From contig OZ176057.1 of assembly GCA_964247055.1 (NCBI GenBank), positions 4,278,001-4,342,000 on the forward strand: a stretch of 64,000 bases of DNA, given 5' to 3'. Every line of letters starts with the position of its first letter. Within the stretch, counting starts at the first letter, position 1. Positions 42,578-54,586 of the stretch are shown in pieces. Below the pieces are notes generated by a model. That model saw only the letters and a program-made list of their open reading frames with translations, had not been told where the DNA came from and searched no databases. This DNA is from Paragordius varius. Its lineage: Eukaryota > Animalia > Nematomorpha. The position numbers were made by a program, and so were the translations under genes.

Positions 42578-42626
<49 letters not shown>
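42578..42626. repeat. (TA)n microsatellite, ~24 units
   Basis: Uninterrupted TA run. Confidence 0.97.
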
Positions 42627-42630
<4 letters not shown>

Positions 42631-42770
42631 TATTGTCAACAACAATAACTATGATATTTATTGCATATCAAATATATTTTCAACTCACTGAGTAATAAAA
42701 ATAATAATTTAGAAAAATATTTCATAAAATATGTTATCAAGCTGATGAAAATGCCACAAAGAACTCGCAT

Positions 42771-43326
42771 TAACACTTGGATACAAAGCATTCATTTCAG
42801 TCCTTAGATTCAAATGGTCGTTAGATACCCCAGGCTTATTTAAAATTAAATATTTCGAGAAATGGAATAACAACCATTGCAAATACTTCCACTTATATAA
42901 CATTACTGAACCGAAATATAATAAAAGAATTATTAAAAAATACTTGATATTATTTATTCAGAGGCAAAACCGAGAAATTTAGCCAACAAGCACAAGCTAC
43001 ATTTAAAAATAATGCAAAATATACCACTTTTTCTGTTTCTATCAATGTTAGATGTGATTTAAATAAAAAATTAGCTTTTATTTCACCTTTAAAGTTAAAT
43101 AAAGATGATATATTGCAAAAAGGCTGTAAAATAAAAATGGCGCCGAAGTAGGATATGGATTTATTTTTTCAAAAACTAAATTTAATTTAGCTATTTTGGT
43201 TTATTTAAATTATAAATTTTATTTGGATAGAAGCATAAATTTAAATTGAAACCGTTTATTTCACTAGTTTTTTAAATATATCAACTTCTGGGGCATTTAG
43301 ACACCCCAATTTGAATCTAAGTGTTA
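42771..43326. mobile_element. ~555-bp MITE-like element, right member of an inverted pair
   Basis: Begins TAACACTT...TTAGATTCAAATGG and ends ...CCAATTTGAATCTAAGTGTTA, so it has its own imperfect terminal inverted repeats. It is the reverse complement homologue of 41914-42455. Confidence 0.7.
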
Positions 43327-43714
43327 GATATATATTTTGTTATAAAACGAAAAATAGATAAACTCTGCGCATCCGGGTGTATAAAAAATATCCTGATTAA
43401 ATATACTACAGTATGCATTTACATGCTGGCTTTTGCACACTTATGTTGATCAATTGGACACAGAAATTTACAGAAAATAGCAAGAAAATGTTAAATAAGC
43501 AATTTTTTTGATCTTACATTACATTGCTTATTTAATACTATCGTAAATCTCGTGCTGCTACGCTGCCCGAGGAAGTCCTTCGGATTTCTGGAGGGGGGAG
43601 GGGGGCTATTTGAAAAAAAGGGATCAATAAAATGATCCATATATGTGGATTATTTCGAAACATTATTTAATAGCTATGATCTCATAGGATTTTCTAAATG
43701 TTGCATTCATACTA

Positions 43715-44660
43715 ATAAATTGTTTACTGGTGTAAAGGCCGCAAATTGACGGCTAACGGAAAAAACCGCTATACTAACCTTTTTATGCGTAATATATAAA
43801 GCCTTTTATGAACTCGTATGGCTCCTTAAGTGTTTTGAAAATTATCTCCAAAGCCACGCCATTTTTGTATGGCGTCTCAGTTTTAAACCGGTAGACCCCT
43901 ACCCACAGCCCTATATGGAAAAAGCTCTGAGACCATCCACTCATGGGTTATTCGAAAAAATACCTCAACACTAAATAATCGTTGTATGATGGCGTATTTT
44001 TAGGGCATAAAGGCCACAAATTAACGGCTAATTAAAAAAGGCCTGACCTTTATTTTTACCTAGTTACGGGTAATATTTCGAACTTTGAATGAGCTCATAT
44101 GGCATAATTTTCTATGGCTCCAAAACAACGTAATTTGTATATAGTGGCGCTGTTTTTGGCGGGTAGCTCCCTACCCAGAGGCGGATACTAAAAAAGCGCT
44201 TGATTAAAATTATTGCCTTTATACGGAGAATACCTGGGATCATGATTGATTCAATATGCTTTTATTAGTTTTTGGAAAAATTGCCTCAAAATTAAAAAAT
44301 CATTCTATGGTGGCGCATTTTCCAGTGCGAGGGCCTAATTAACGGCTAATTGTAAAAAACCGCACAATCTAGATTTTGCCTTGTTACGGGTAATATTAAG
44401 CAACTATTGAACTCATATGGCCTGATAGGTTTTTTCAGCCCCAAAAGCACGCTATTTCAATATGACGAGTCACTTTTTCGCGGGTAGTTCCTTGCTCAGC
44501 AGCTATCATCAAAGAAACACTTGAATAAAATTTTTGCCTTTTAACAGGGAATACCAGTAGTCCTTATTGAATTTTTACGGTCTCATATCTTGGGCGAAAA
44601 ATAAAAAAAAATGGCATTTTACGGGGGGAGCGGGTAAAAAGAGGGCCTAAACTAAAAAAG
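43715..44660. repeat. Diverged tandem repeat, ~275-320-bp unit, about 3 copies plus a partial
   Basis: Co-linear anchors: ACGGCTAA at 43749/44024/44342; TTACGGGTAATATT at 44064/44384 (TTATGCGTAATAT ~43783); CTC(A/G)TATGGC and GGTAGnnCC motifs recur at the same spacings. GC is higher than in the flanks. Confidence 0.75.
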
Positions 44661-46380
44661 CGAGACTTCTATGTTCGGCATCGAAAATAAGTAAACAAAA
44701 ATCATATTTGAAGTTGAATGGTCCAACACGTTCTCCGGAAAATTGTCTCAAAGACACGATTTTTTTGGACTAGTGTTTTAAAAAAGAACCGTTTTTTGCA
44801 CCGGATGGGCCCGAACTGGGGACCTAATTCAAGCTATTGTCGGCATTCATTAATGATTATATTTTTTCGACATTTGGATTTGAATCGGTCTACCGGTTTT
44901 CCGGAAACAGATCACAAAGCCAGCTTTCATTTTTATAGATATATAGAAAACAGTTATTTTTTCATACCTTATATTGTTTTTACCAAATATAACATGAATC
45001 CACCATCAAAGTGCGTACTTTATATGTGTTTTATTGGATAATATTAGGATGCTTGAAATATTTGGGCTGAGTCATGTATAATTATTTTCCTAATTTTAAG
45101 ATTGCTCAAAACTGTAAAATAATAGGATTAATTAGGCACATCATGTTAATTAATTTACCACATAAAATATTTTATCATTTTAAAACATTGAATATATGTA
45201 TTTATATATGCTATTTCGACATAATTATTATGCATTTATTCATAATTGAAAAAAATTAACGGTAAAAAAGAACATAAAGTAACAAAATCTATTCCGTATA
45301 TTTAAGAAAATGTGTTATATTAATTAAAGAGGTTTGTATATCGTTATCATTCTACAAATCATCTTAAAAATGCTTTCCAACATTTTAAAGATTAAAATAA
45401 TAAATTTCCATTTTTCGACAATATTTTTTTGTGGTATATAGCATGATTTATCTCGGCATTCTTGCGTTTATTTTAACAAAAATAGCTCATTTTGTGGGAA
45501 GGGGTGGCGACATATTCATAAATAAAATTTTAAAATGGTTATTATTTATGTGTTATACTTTAATGATATATGACATAAGCTATATTTTTTGATATGGTTA
45601 CCAGAATAGTGAATATTATTACGCTTGTAAAACTCTAACTAATGATTTTTTTATTTTATATTAGGACAGTAAGCACGCTTAATAAAAAAAATCATAAATG
45701 CATCATTGATTTATTTAACCCTTAAGTTCTCCCAAGCACCATTTAAACAAAGGTTATAGTTTACACTAGATAACATAAAAAAATAATTAAACTCTAGTTT
45801 TGAAAATAGGTCATAAAAATATAACGGTGTTACTTACGTAAAAATACTAAATTATATTATTAAATGCAAATATTATGCGATTATGTTTCGTGATTCTTTG
45901 GTAAAATAATAGTTGATTTAATTAACCAATCCCTGCAAATGTTAATTAGAATTTGGGTTTGGGTGAAAAATTTGATTTTGAAATACTAAAAACGAATCCG
46001 TCAAAATTTTGAGAAAAAACTATCGAATCATAACATTTTCCGGGGACACTTAATCTTAGTTTTACATACTATTTATTATTATATACAGTAAAATATAAAT
46101 TATACATAAAACTAAATATTAAGACAAATATGTTTTTAATTTTTTTAATATATTGTTTTAAACTGTTATATAAAATAGAAATGTATATTGATAGCACACA
46201 ATGAAATATGTATTTTCGATTGTATTGATTTAGATTAATTAGGGTTCAAATCACAATGATTGTCATTTGTAAAGCAAATTTTGTTTTTATATTATTACGT
46301 TTTGTCCGTATAAATTCAATTTTTACTATATTTATTTATGTATTATGAAAATACTTACTGGCTAAGAAAACTATAAAAAT

Positions 46381-46381
<1 letters not shown>

Positions 46382-46456
<75 letters not shown>

Positions 46457-46458
46457 GT

Positions 46459-46505
<47 letters not shown>

Positions 46506-46547
46506 TAATAATAATAATAATATAATAATAATAATAATAATAATAAT
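46382..46547. repeat. (TAA)n microsatellite, ~55 units with a few interruptions
   Basis: Long AAT/TAA run. Confidence 0.97.
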
Positions 46548-46679
46548 GTTAAAATATATTTTACAGAAGAGGATATCTAAAATTAATTTAAAATATAATA
46601 AGTTACTATTGGCACATTCAAGTATATAATATGTTAAAAGGTGTAACCTTCGAGGCCAACTAAATACGTAATTAATATG

Positions 46680-46685
<6 letters not shown>

Positions 46686-46726
<41 letters not shown>
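46686..46726. repeat. (TA)n microsatellite
   Basis: Pure TA run. Confidence 0.95.
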
Positions 46727-46733
<7 letters not shown>

Positions 46734-49700
46734 ATAAATTAGAAAAAATATTTACTTTCCGCTGCTACCTCGGCTATATATGATAATTTATAATTTTTTA
46801 TATATAATTAAATATATTATATGGCCTAGAAATATAATTGGGATAATCTGTAATCTTCTTCAGTTTGTTGACAATTGTATACAAAATAGTTTAATAGTTC
46901 ATGCTGTAATTTAAATTAATAAAAAATGACAATAGGTAAGGATACATATTATAAAAAGTTTTAAATTAAAACTATTTTTTAAAATTTGTTTAAACTTGGC
47001 ACATTATCTGCTAAAAGCAGTGTGGACATTTATTTATAATGGCTTAATTTACATTATTCTTGGTAACATATAATAAAGCATGTGTTAAACAAATTTAACC
47101 CCAATTAGATAAACAAATCAATGTTACAAGATAATTAAGATTGTTTAATTTTAATATTCTGTTGTTTTTACACTATTGTGTGCCAATTATATAATGTGAA
47201 TAAGCAGCAATATGCATCCTATATACATATGTAACATACCGCCAGCCTCTATAATATATAATAAGAATAAAAATTTTAGATACATAACGCCAAAATTAGA
47301 ATAATTTTTTTGGATATTTTTTTTATGTTGCTAGGTTATTGCTAAATTTTTACATTGCTAATACATTATATAATAAAAATTTCCCTTCATCTCCTTTTCA
47401 ATTTATTGTCCTAGTTTTTGGGCTAGTAATATCTCTCAGAGCTAAATTTTGAAAATTACTTATGGTTTTGAAAGTTATTTAGTAAAATTTATCATCAAAC
47501 AATGTTCTAACTTATTGAATAGCAAAGATTTTATTTTTACAAGAGAGCCTCCAAAACATGATTGAAATGGTTGATATTAAAATTATATATTAAGTATTTG
47601 CTGGTTAAATGTAGCCAGAAAATTTAGAATTAATTAATTACATTTAACCATAATATATATTTATTTGTTGCATAACCTTTTTAAAAAATTTATAAATGGG
47701 GGCAAAAAAATATGAGATAAAAAAATTACAATTTTACATTTTGTAGAAAAAATATTTAGTATAATCCTCGCTGAAGAAAGCATTTTTAAATTTGTCTTAA
47801 TACCTTAAATACTTTATAAAATATATGATTTTCAAATCGCTCTATATAAAACTACCCAAAAATGTAATGGAGTAAATTTCTAGCATTTAAATATATTAAA
47901 AACTGTTATTATGGAATGAATGATTCTACCTCAATTTAAAAGATTTATATATTAAAGTTTGAACGAGGGATATCCAACACAGATATCGCTGTGATAATTT
48001 TTGTTATTTTTATTTATTTTTCTTAATTTTGGATTATACATACTAAATAATTAGTTTTTGATTGGAATCAATATTTTATTTTGACATCTTTAAGAGCATT
48101 TTTGCCTACCAAAAAACGTGCTTGAAACTCATGGTCTGAACGCGTAATCGGTTGTGTTAAAATATTAAATAAATTATATAAAATACCAGCAACGGCTTCT
48201 AACATGTAAATTATTTATTCATTAAGTATTTCGTAAAAATTTTGCATATAATATATATTATAAAATTACCTGCTATTGCTGTAAATTAAATAAATATATA
48301 TTATTTTAAATATATATCTTTTTCATATATAAAATTATTTAATTTTTAGTGGTACATATATATAGGATGTAAAACAATGAATAACTTATCTTCAAACATT
48401 TTATCTTAAATATATTTCAAAATTCAAAAACAAAATAATGAGGTTTTCTAATCGAGAACGGCAAAAATAATTTTCAAATATTACTTGAAACTATTTATTT
48501 TCTCTTGTTAAATAAAAATGAACTCATGTTTCCACTGCAAATTGGGAAAAAGGTTATAAAAAAGTGAGACCATTAATGTAAAGAATATAATTTTAATGAA
48601 TGTGCTAAATATTTTTAACTAGCTAGTCATTAAAAAATACAGAAGGACGCTTTATTTGTTCCTACAAACCATAATATCAGGGTGATACTTTTGTTTAGTA
48701 ATCCGTAACTGTTTTTATGATACCACCGTTAAAATTTTTGATCCATATTAGATGTTATAAATTTGATGTGGAAATTAAGGAGAATCGATTTTAAAAAATT
48801 GTTTTACATTATCAATTTTAAAAGAACGTATTTAGTTATCTCATTCGATATTTAGCTACAATATATAGCAATTTCCGTATAGATTGATTAGTTATGATTA
48901 TAGTTGCATTATGTAGTCAGTCCAGGTAATTTTTTTGAAAGCAATTTAAACCAATTTTTAAATCAGAAGGGTGAAAATATTTAGAAGGGGGAGAGGTCAC
49001 GTCGAATTGAGGATATATTATAGCATAATGTTTGATATCATTATTAAACATTTGTTGAACCGCGGTTGGACTGCTTTTTTACCGAAAATAACTATCGTTA
49101 AATCATGATAATTATAATATTGTATAACATAATTAAATTATTTTTTATTTTAAATATACCTTCTCCGGCAGCGGCCCCTTAAGATTAAAAAATTGTTAGT
49201 ATTCGGAAAAAAGTATAAATACAAATTACGTCTTTATGTTTTAAATACCTGTTTCAGTCGCTACATCTAAAATCATAAAATTGTTATTACATTAGTAAAA
49301 TAATAAGCGAACTATGTTTAACATATTTTATTCATCAAAACTAACGATATAATACATATTATTTTCTATTTAAAAATATTTTTTTAGGTACGTTTTTATG
49401 TGATTTACCTATCATTTTCATTTTTTTGAAGATATTTTTAGTTTTTGCCCAAAGCCTATATTTTCGATTTAATGACCCTAATCCTATCAAGATAAAATAC
49501 AAATAGGGCACTTTAATTGCACCAAAATATATAAAGGATTTAATCATAAAAACTTGATATTACTTAATAATCAGAAAAATAGATTTTAGCCAATATGACA
49601 TGTGTCAAAGAAAGCATTTTATGTTTATATTTATAAGAAATAAATTTTAAATATACCGTAAAAAACACGATAATTTGCAAGTGTGAAAGGAGCTTTCTGT

Positions 49701-49955
49701 AAACTATAACTATTTATGTATTTTAGTTTTTTTACTTATATTTGGGGAAAGCTTGATTTTAATTATAACTCTCCTTTTCGGTTTAGTAAAAATGAATTTT
49801 ATAGGGTCTGGTAACCCAATTTTGATTCCTTGATTATAATTCAATAATGATACTCTTATAGTATGCAATAAAATTGATTATGATTTTTTATAAAAATGAT
49901 TTAATTCGAGCTTAAAATTTACTCGAAAATTGAGGGAAAAAATATTCTGTTAATA

Positions 49956-50617
49956 TATACCATTTGCACTTCAAGAGTGTCCTTGAACACTTCAAGTTGG
50001 TCCTTGAACATTTCAAGTTGGTCCATGAACAATTCAAGCTGGTCCTTGAACAGTTTAAGTTGGTCTTTGAACAGTTCAAGTTGGTCCTTGAAAACTTCAG
50101 GTTGGTCCCATGACTTTTTTGTTTTGTTTTTAACTTTTATCAATCAAATCGTAAATAATTCATTTATTTTATTGTTTTTAACCCATTTTCTATTATTTAA
50201 CATAAATTTTAGTTCGATATCAACTTTTAATGTTTGAGAAACCGTATATCTTTATTAATTTCTTATAATAATTTTGGATAATTATAAGATTTTTTGAAAA
50301 AATATATAAGTTTTCTGGGTTATTAATTAAAATTTTTCAAAAACATTTAAAAGTCAATAATTTTGTACAATTAAAAAAATAGTTTGAAACAAAAAAGTGG
50401 TTTTCCAATAAAAAATTTTATTTTTAAAAGAATACATATATAATAAATAAAGAAAATTAGGTTAATAAATAATAAAATAAAAAAAATAAAAATTTATAAA
50501 TTTTAAGGACCAACTTGAAGTGTTTAAGGACCAACTTGAATTGTTCAAAGACCAACTTGAACTGTTCAAGGACCAACTTGAAGTGTTCAAGGACACTCTT
50601 GAAGTGCAAATGGTTTA
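49956..50617. mobile_element. Foldback-like element B: inverted arms with 21-bp GTCCTTGAACAnTTCAAGTTG repeats
   Basis: Left: TATACCATTTGCACTTCAAGAGTGTCC plus ~6 units (49956 to ~50108). Right: ~4 inverted units plus GGACACTCTTGAAGTGCAAATGGTTTA (~50504-50617). The AT-rich spacer is ~400 bp. Confidence 0.85.
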
Positions 50618-50689
50618 TATACATATGTATGTTGGAAAAACCTATCAAAATTTTCTTGGTATTTTTGGTTATAGGGCTATAATATCAGA

Positions 50690-52500
50690 AAGTCACACTT
50701 TTATAATTGCTTTTTATTATAACAAGTTAGGGCATATTATGCTTGATATAATTTTTTTGGTAAAAACAGAATGCTTTGTTTCCTCTACTGTTATTTTTTC
50801 TGCTGCCCAATACTTTAGCTTTTTATCACATATTTTTTAACCAATGATACTTCATTAAAAAGATCATTTTCAGAAATACTATTATTTGAGAATTTTAGAA
50901 AAATAAAATCAAAAGACTTTTGAACGTCGCACCAAGTTAATTCTGGATTTAATGTAATCCAATAACAATCATCAGTATCGTTGTACCGCCCAGTTTTCTA
51001 ATAAAACCTTTTTACAAGGTTCATGATATCCTGACGGGTTATTACACCTTGCACTTTGCGTTTATACTATTGCAAATAGGTAGAAATTATTTCTAACCTC
51101 TCTTGACATTGGTATTTTAAATTATTAACTTCATTTGCTACTTCAATCGCAGATAATTTGTTACCTTCAATAAGTTTAATGATATTGAAACAAAGCAGCT
51201 TGTTTTTTAGCCATATTTTTGAAGATTTTTTCCAAAAACATTTCTAATATTGCAGGACATTTGTCTTGCAATAGAAAGTAGGATTTTAAGGGATCATACA
51301 TTTTCGAAATTCTTTTACCTGGCAGAAGAGCTAACCTATGCGTTTTACAGTATCCAAGTATTTTGATATTTAACTTCCGCATTTTTACAATATCTTTTAA
51401 GCATTTTAACGCGTACAATGTATGTATAGAAATAATATATATTGTAACAACAATGTTTTCCACAACTATTGGTAACAAGTCAGCCGCTCTTTTAATAGCG
51501 TTGTGTTTTATATGCCCTGTACAGCCAACACCAATAATATTTTGATTCAGATCTTTCGCTAATTTATATAAAAAAATTATTTGTGCCTCTTGCCGCTTCT
51601 CCGAAATAAGCATTCGTATTGACAGCATCGTATGGGATAATTTTTTGTTTTAAATTATTTTTTTCCAAAATATCAATAATAGAACTAAAAATTATTTTAC
51701 TGAAAGAAATAAAATCTAAAATTTTTATTTAAACCTCAATATCTGTATCAAAATATCCTATGAAGGCTGAAAATAATTTTATTATTTTATGAGATGCGTC
51801 AGAATTTATAAATATAAAATTACTTTTTTGTAAATTTATTTTTATTTTCGAAAATGCTTATGGAGAAAGCACATTACATACTGTTGCCTCCGCCTTTGTT
51901 CTAGAAAAGTTTTTAATAGCCTTCTGATTACTTGTGATGTACAATCAATAGATCTGAAGGAATAATTGTGATTAACAGCGTGAAATGATTTAAGTCCTTC
52001 TGATAATGTAAATTATTTTCTTCATCTCCATAAGTTGTTTTTTATAAAAAATCTGGCATTTTAGAATATGATGCAGCAGTATTAAACATCTTTTATGTTT
52101 CTGTTTCTCCAAATCCTTTGATATATCATTCTTTCCGCCGAGCGAAATCCTGAATTCGCCGTTACATGTTTGACATTTAACTATGTAATCTTAGATTTTT
52201 TTAATAAAAGGAGATTCCCTTCGAAAATCATCGGTAAGTTTACATCCCTTTTTCCTAGTCATTTTGTTAAAAATGTTAAATAAATTATAACAATCTACAA
52301 TAATTTTCAATGATGAGCGTAAATAGCAGACATGATTGACTATTCAGTTAGCAGTACGAACACAAAAGCACCAAACAATGAGTTGAATAAAAAGTTAATC
52401 TGGATTCTAAAAATCGGGACTTATAAAAAATAGCGGGACGCGGGACAAATGGTATATAATCGCGACTGTCCCGTCAAAAGCGGGACGTCTGGTCACCCTA
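50690..52500 (-). mobile_element. Decayed hAT DNA transposon (Blackjack-like end), second end not found
   Basis: The minus strand starts TAGGGTGACCAGACGTCCCG at 52500, with clustered CGGGAC/GTCCCG subterminal motifs at 52415-52490, followed by a transposase relic. TAGGGTGACCA-type termini are recalled as typical of hAT-Blackjack elements. The left boundary is approximate. Confidence 0.75.
50700..52262 (-). pseudogene. hAT transposase pseudogene (multiple stops and frameshifts)
   Basis: ATG at 52262 gives MTRKKGCKLTDDFRRESPFIKKI*DYIVKCQTCNGEFRISLGGKNDI (N-terminal CxxC zinc-finger-like). ORF 51176-51628 carries GVGCTGHIKHNA (CxxH motif), KILGYCKTHRLAL (degenerate TRW motif) and KMYDPLKSYF. 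A further fragment near 50800-50880 reads ENDLFNEVSLVKKYV. Confidence 0.8.
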
Positions 52501-52706
52501 TGTATACCCAATATTCCCCAATCCCATTTTACCATTTTTATTAGATTTTGAATATTGTTTAAAGTACAAAAAACTTTTTTATAATCTTAATTATTTAATA
52601 ATAAATAAGTTTTTAAAAAAGAAAACTTAAATGTCAATATAGTTTTACCGGTTTAATGTTTATGGATTTTGGTTTTTGAGTCATTGTATTAAAATATGTT
52701 TCAAAA

Positions 52707-53291
52707 CAGGGGTGTTCCACACAAAGAGGCAAACGGGATGGAGTTTTTACTCAAAAAATCTGGCGGGCCGCATTTAAATACATGAGGATTTATAAATATT
52801 TTTTTAGATTTAATTATAAGAAAAAAATTACGAGGACAATGTAGTATTTGTTATCTAACCGATTTTTGCTTGTTCGCTGCCAAATTTGAAAAAAAACTAA
52901 ACGAAAATATGCGAAATTATAAATTTTGTAATAATTATGTAAATTATGGAGTTTCAGTTTGTTAATTTTTCAAAACTTTCGGGGGCCACACATACTATCT
53001 CAGTGAGCCATTCCGACCTAATAAAATAGGCAGCGCTCCAAAATACTTCTGCTCCTGATAAATTTTAAACATAAAATTTAAGAAATGAAGGTGAAATTAA
53101 TTTTCTTAAAACAATTTTTTAACCTTATTTTGGCACTAAAGAAAAATTTTAGAGCAAATAATTTTTTACAGCGTATGCTGAAATTCAATAAAATTTTAGA
53201 TTAGTTAATGGCCATATTTTTGCGAATGCGGCCCGGCAGATTTTTTGATCCAAAGATGCGGCCTGCAAAGCCATTGTGTCGAAGACCCCTG
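52707..53291. mobile_element. hAT (Charlie/Buster-like) MITE, 585 bp
   Basis: Imperfect TIRs CAGGGGTGTTCCACACAA / TTGTGTCGAAGACCCCTG. Subterminal inverted pair AAAAAATCTGGCGGGCCGCATT / AATGCGGCCCGGCAGATTTTTT. The 8-bp flanks TTTCAAAA vs GATTAAAA match at only 5/8, so the TSD is degraded or absent. Confidence 0.7.
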
Positions 53292-54339
53292 GATTAAAAT
53301 ATCGTTAATGAACAATATTTTATAAAAAATCTTTTTAATTTAAAGATATAACAACAAAAAATATAATAAAACCAAAGATGAAAACCATAAATTAAAATCT
53401 TAAGCATTATATTTTTTATCTTAAACATTTACTATCATTGTATGAAAAAAAGGCAGAGTAAAAAATATACCTGCAACCACTAAATACGATTTATATTATA
53501 AAACATAGGAATAAATTAAATGTATCAGGCTTAAACCTCTTAAAAATGGTAAGTGCCCATTAGTTAAATATATATTTTTTAGCAAAAGCTAAATCAATAA
53601 ATGTTTCCAATAATAATATAGATATAATGCAAAACAATATAATTTGAAATTATTTTGATAAATTGTCTCAAATTTTTACCGTTTATAATAAAAAAAATTC
53701 TCAAATTTAACGCAATTCCCATTTATACTGCTGACCACTTTTATATATGGGGTATATTTTCACATCAAAAATGAATATTTCCTAAAATTAGTTATATAAA
53801 CAAATTTAAAACCGGGATGAGTTATGGTAGGTAATATGAAAACACTTAGTTGTTGAAAACCCAATTTTATGATGTCAAACAATACCTCATCATTTTGTCA
53901 ACAATAAAATTTAAATTGTTGACAAACATTTAAAAAATTTACGGAAAAAATTTAAAATCGAAGATCCATGGTGATAGAAATATATAGCATATCTAATGTA
54001 TTTTCATATATTTTAAAATGCTTTATGCTGTTTTTATAATGTTTAGAACTTGCTTAAAATTCTGCAAAAATTATATAGTAAAAAAATTTTTAATAATTTA
54101 GTATTTATTATTTAATAGGCGGCAAATTTGCGTTATTGTCCATTTTAGACGCGTCCAGGAATCTGAGTTTTCAGAGGTCATATTTTAAATTTATTCATTG
54201 AATTTTTATATTTTTTCCTATAGTTGTTGATATATAATAATTTTTTGTAAAACATTTAGCTTTAAAAAAAAAATAAAAATTATAAACTCATTTTTTTTTC
54301 AATTTTCGGATAAAACCGTTATAAAATTTGCAGAATACC

Positions 54340-54586
54340 CAGAAGCGTAGCATGCATTTCTGGCGCCCCCCTCCCTCTGAATGCTATCTCTTGCATTTTA
54401 CAAAAAAATAATTAAAAATTAAACCCTGGTCATGACCACTCAGAAATGGGGGAATTTATATGTATTTTAAATAATAACCTTTGTACCTATTTTTTTGAAA
54501 TAAAATTATTTTTTTAAATCCGGCGCCCTCTCAATTATGGCGCCCGTGCATCAGCCCCGCTTTCCTCCCCCCTAGCCACGCCTTTG
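54340..54586. mobile_element. Small GC-enriched MITE-like element (CAGRRGCGTAGC-type ends), probably hAT-derived
   Basis: Ends CAGAAGCGTAGC / GCCACGCCTTTG are imperfect inverted repeats. Three internal GGCGCCC motifs. No clear TSD. Confidence 0.45.

Noticed and set aside
43565-43600. CCGAGGAAGTCCTTCGG hairpin as a Helitron 3' end
   Set aside because: The stem is imperfect, it is not followed by a properly spaced CTRR-T end, and no 5' TC end was identified.
45714-46055. TTAACCCTT piggyBac-like end
   Set aside because: No convincing partner TIR or second TTAA.
49919-50840. Heptad ORFs (FKDQLEL..., SSWSLN...), also at 63631-63985
   Set aside because: Same artefact of the 21-bp module in elements B and C.
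52448-52459. AAATGGTATATA inside the hAT end; TATACCATTT at 38934 and 41810
   Set aside because: No adjacent 21-bp array or partner arm. An AT-rich 10-mer can occur by chance here, so these are not counted as family members.
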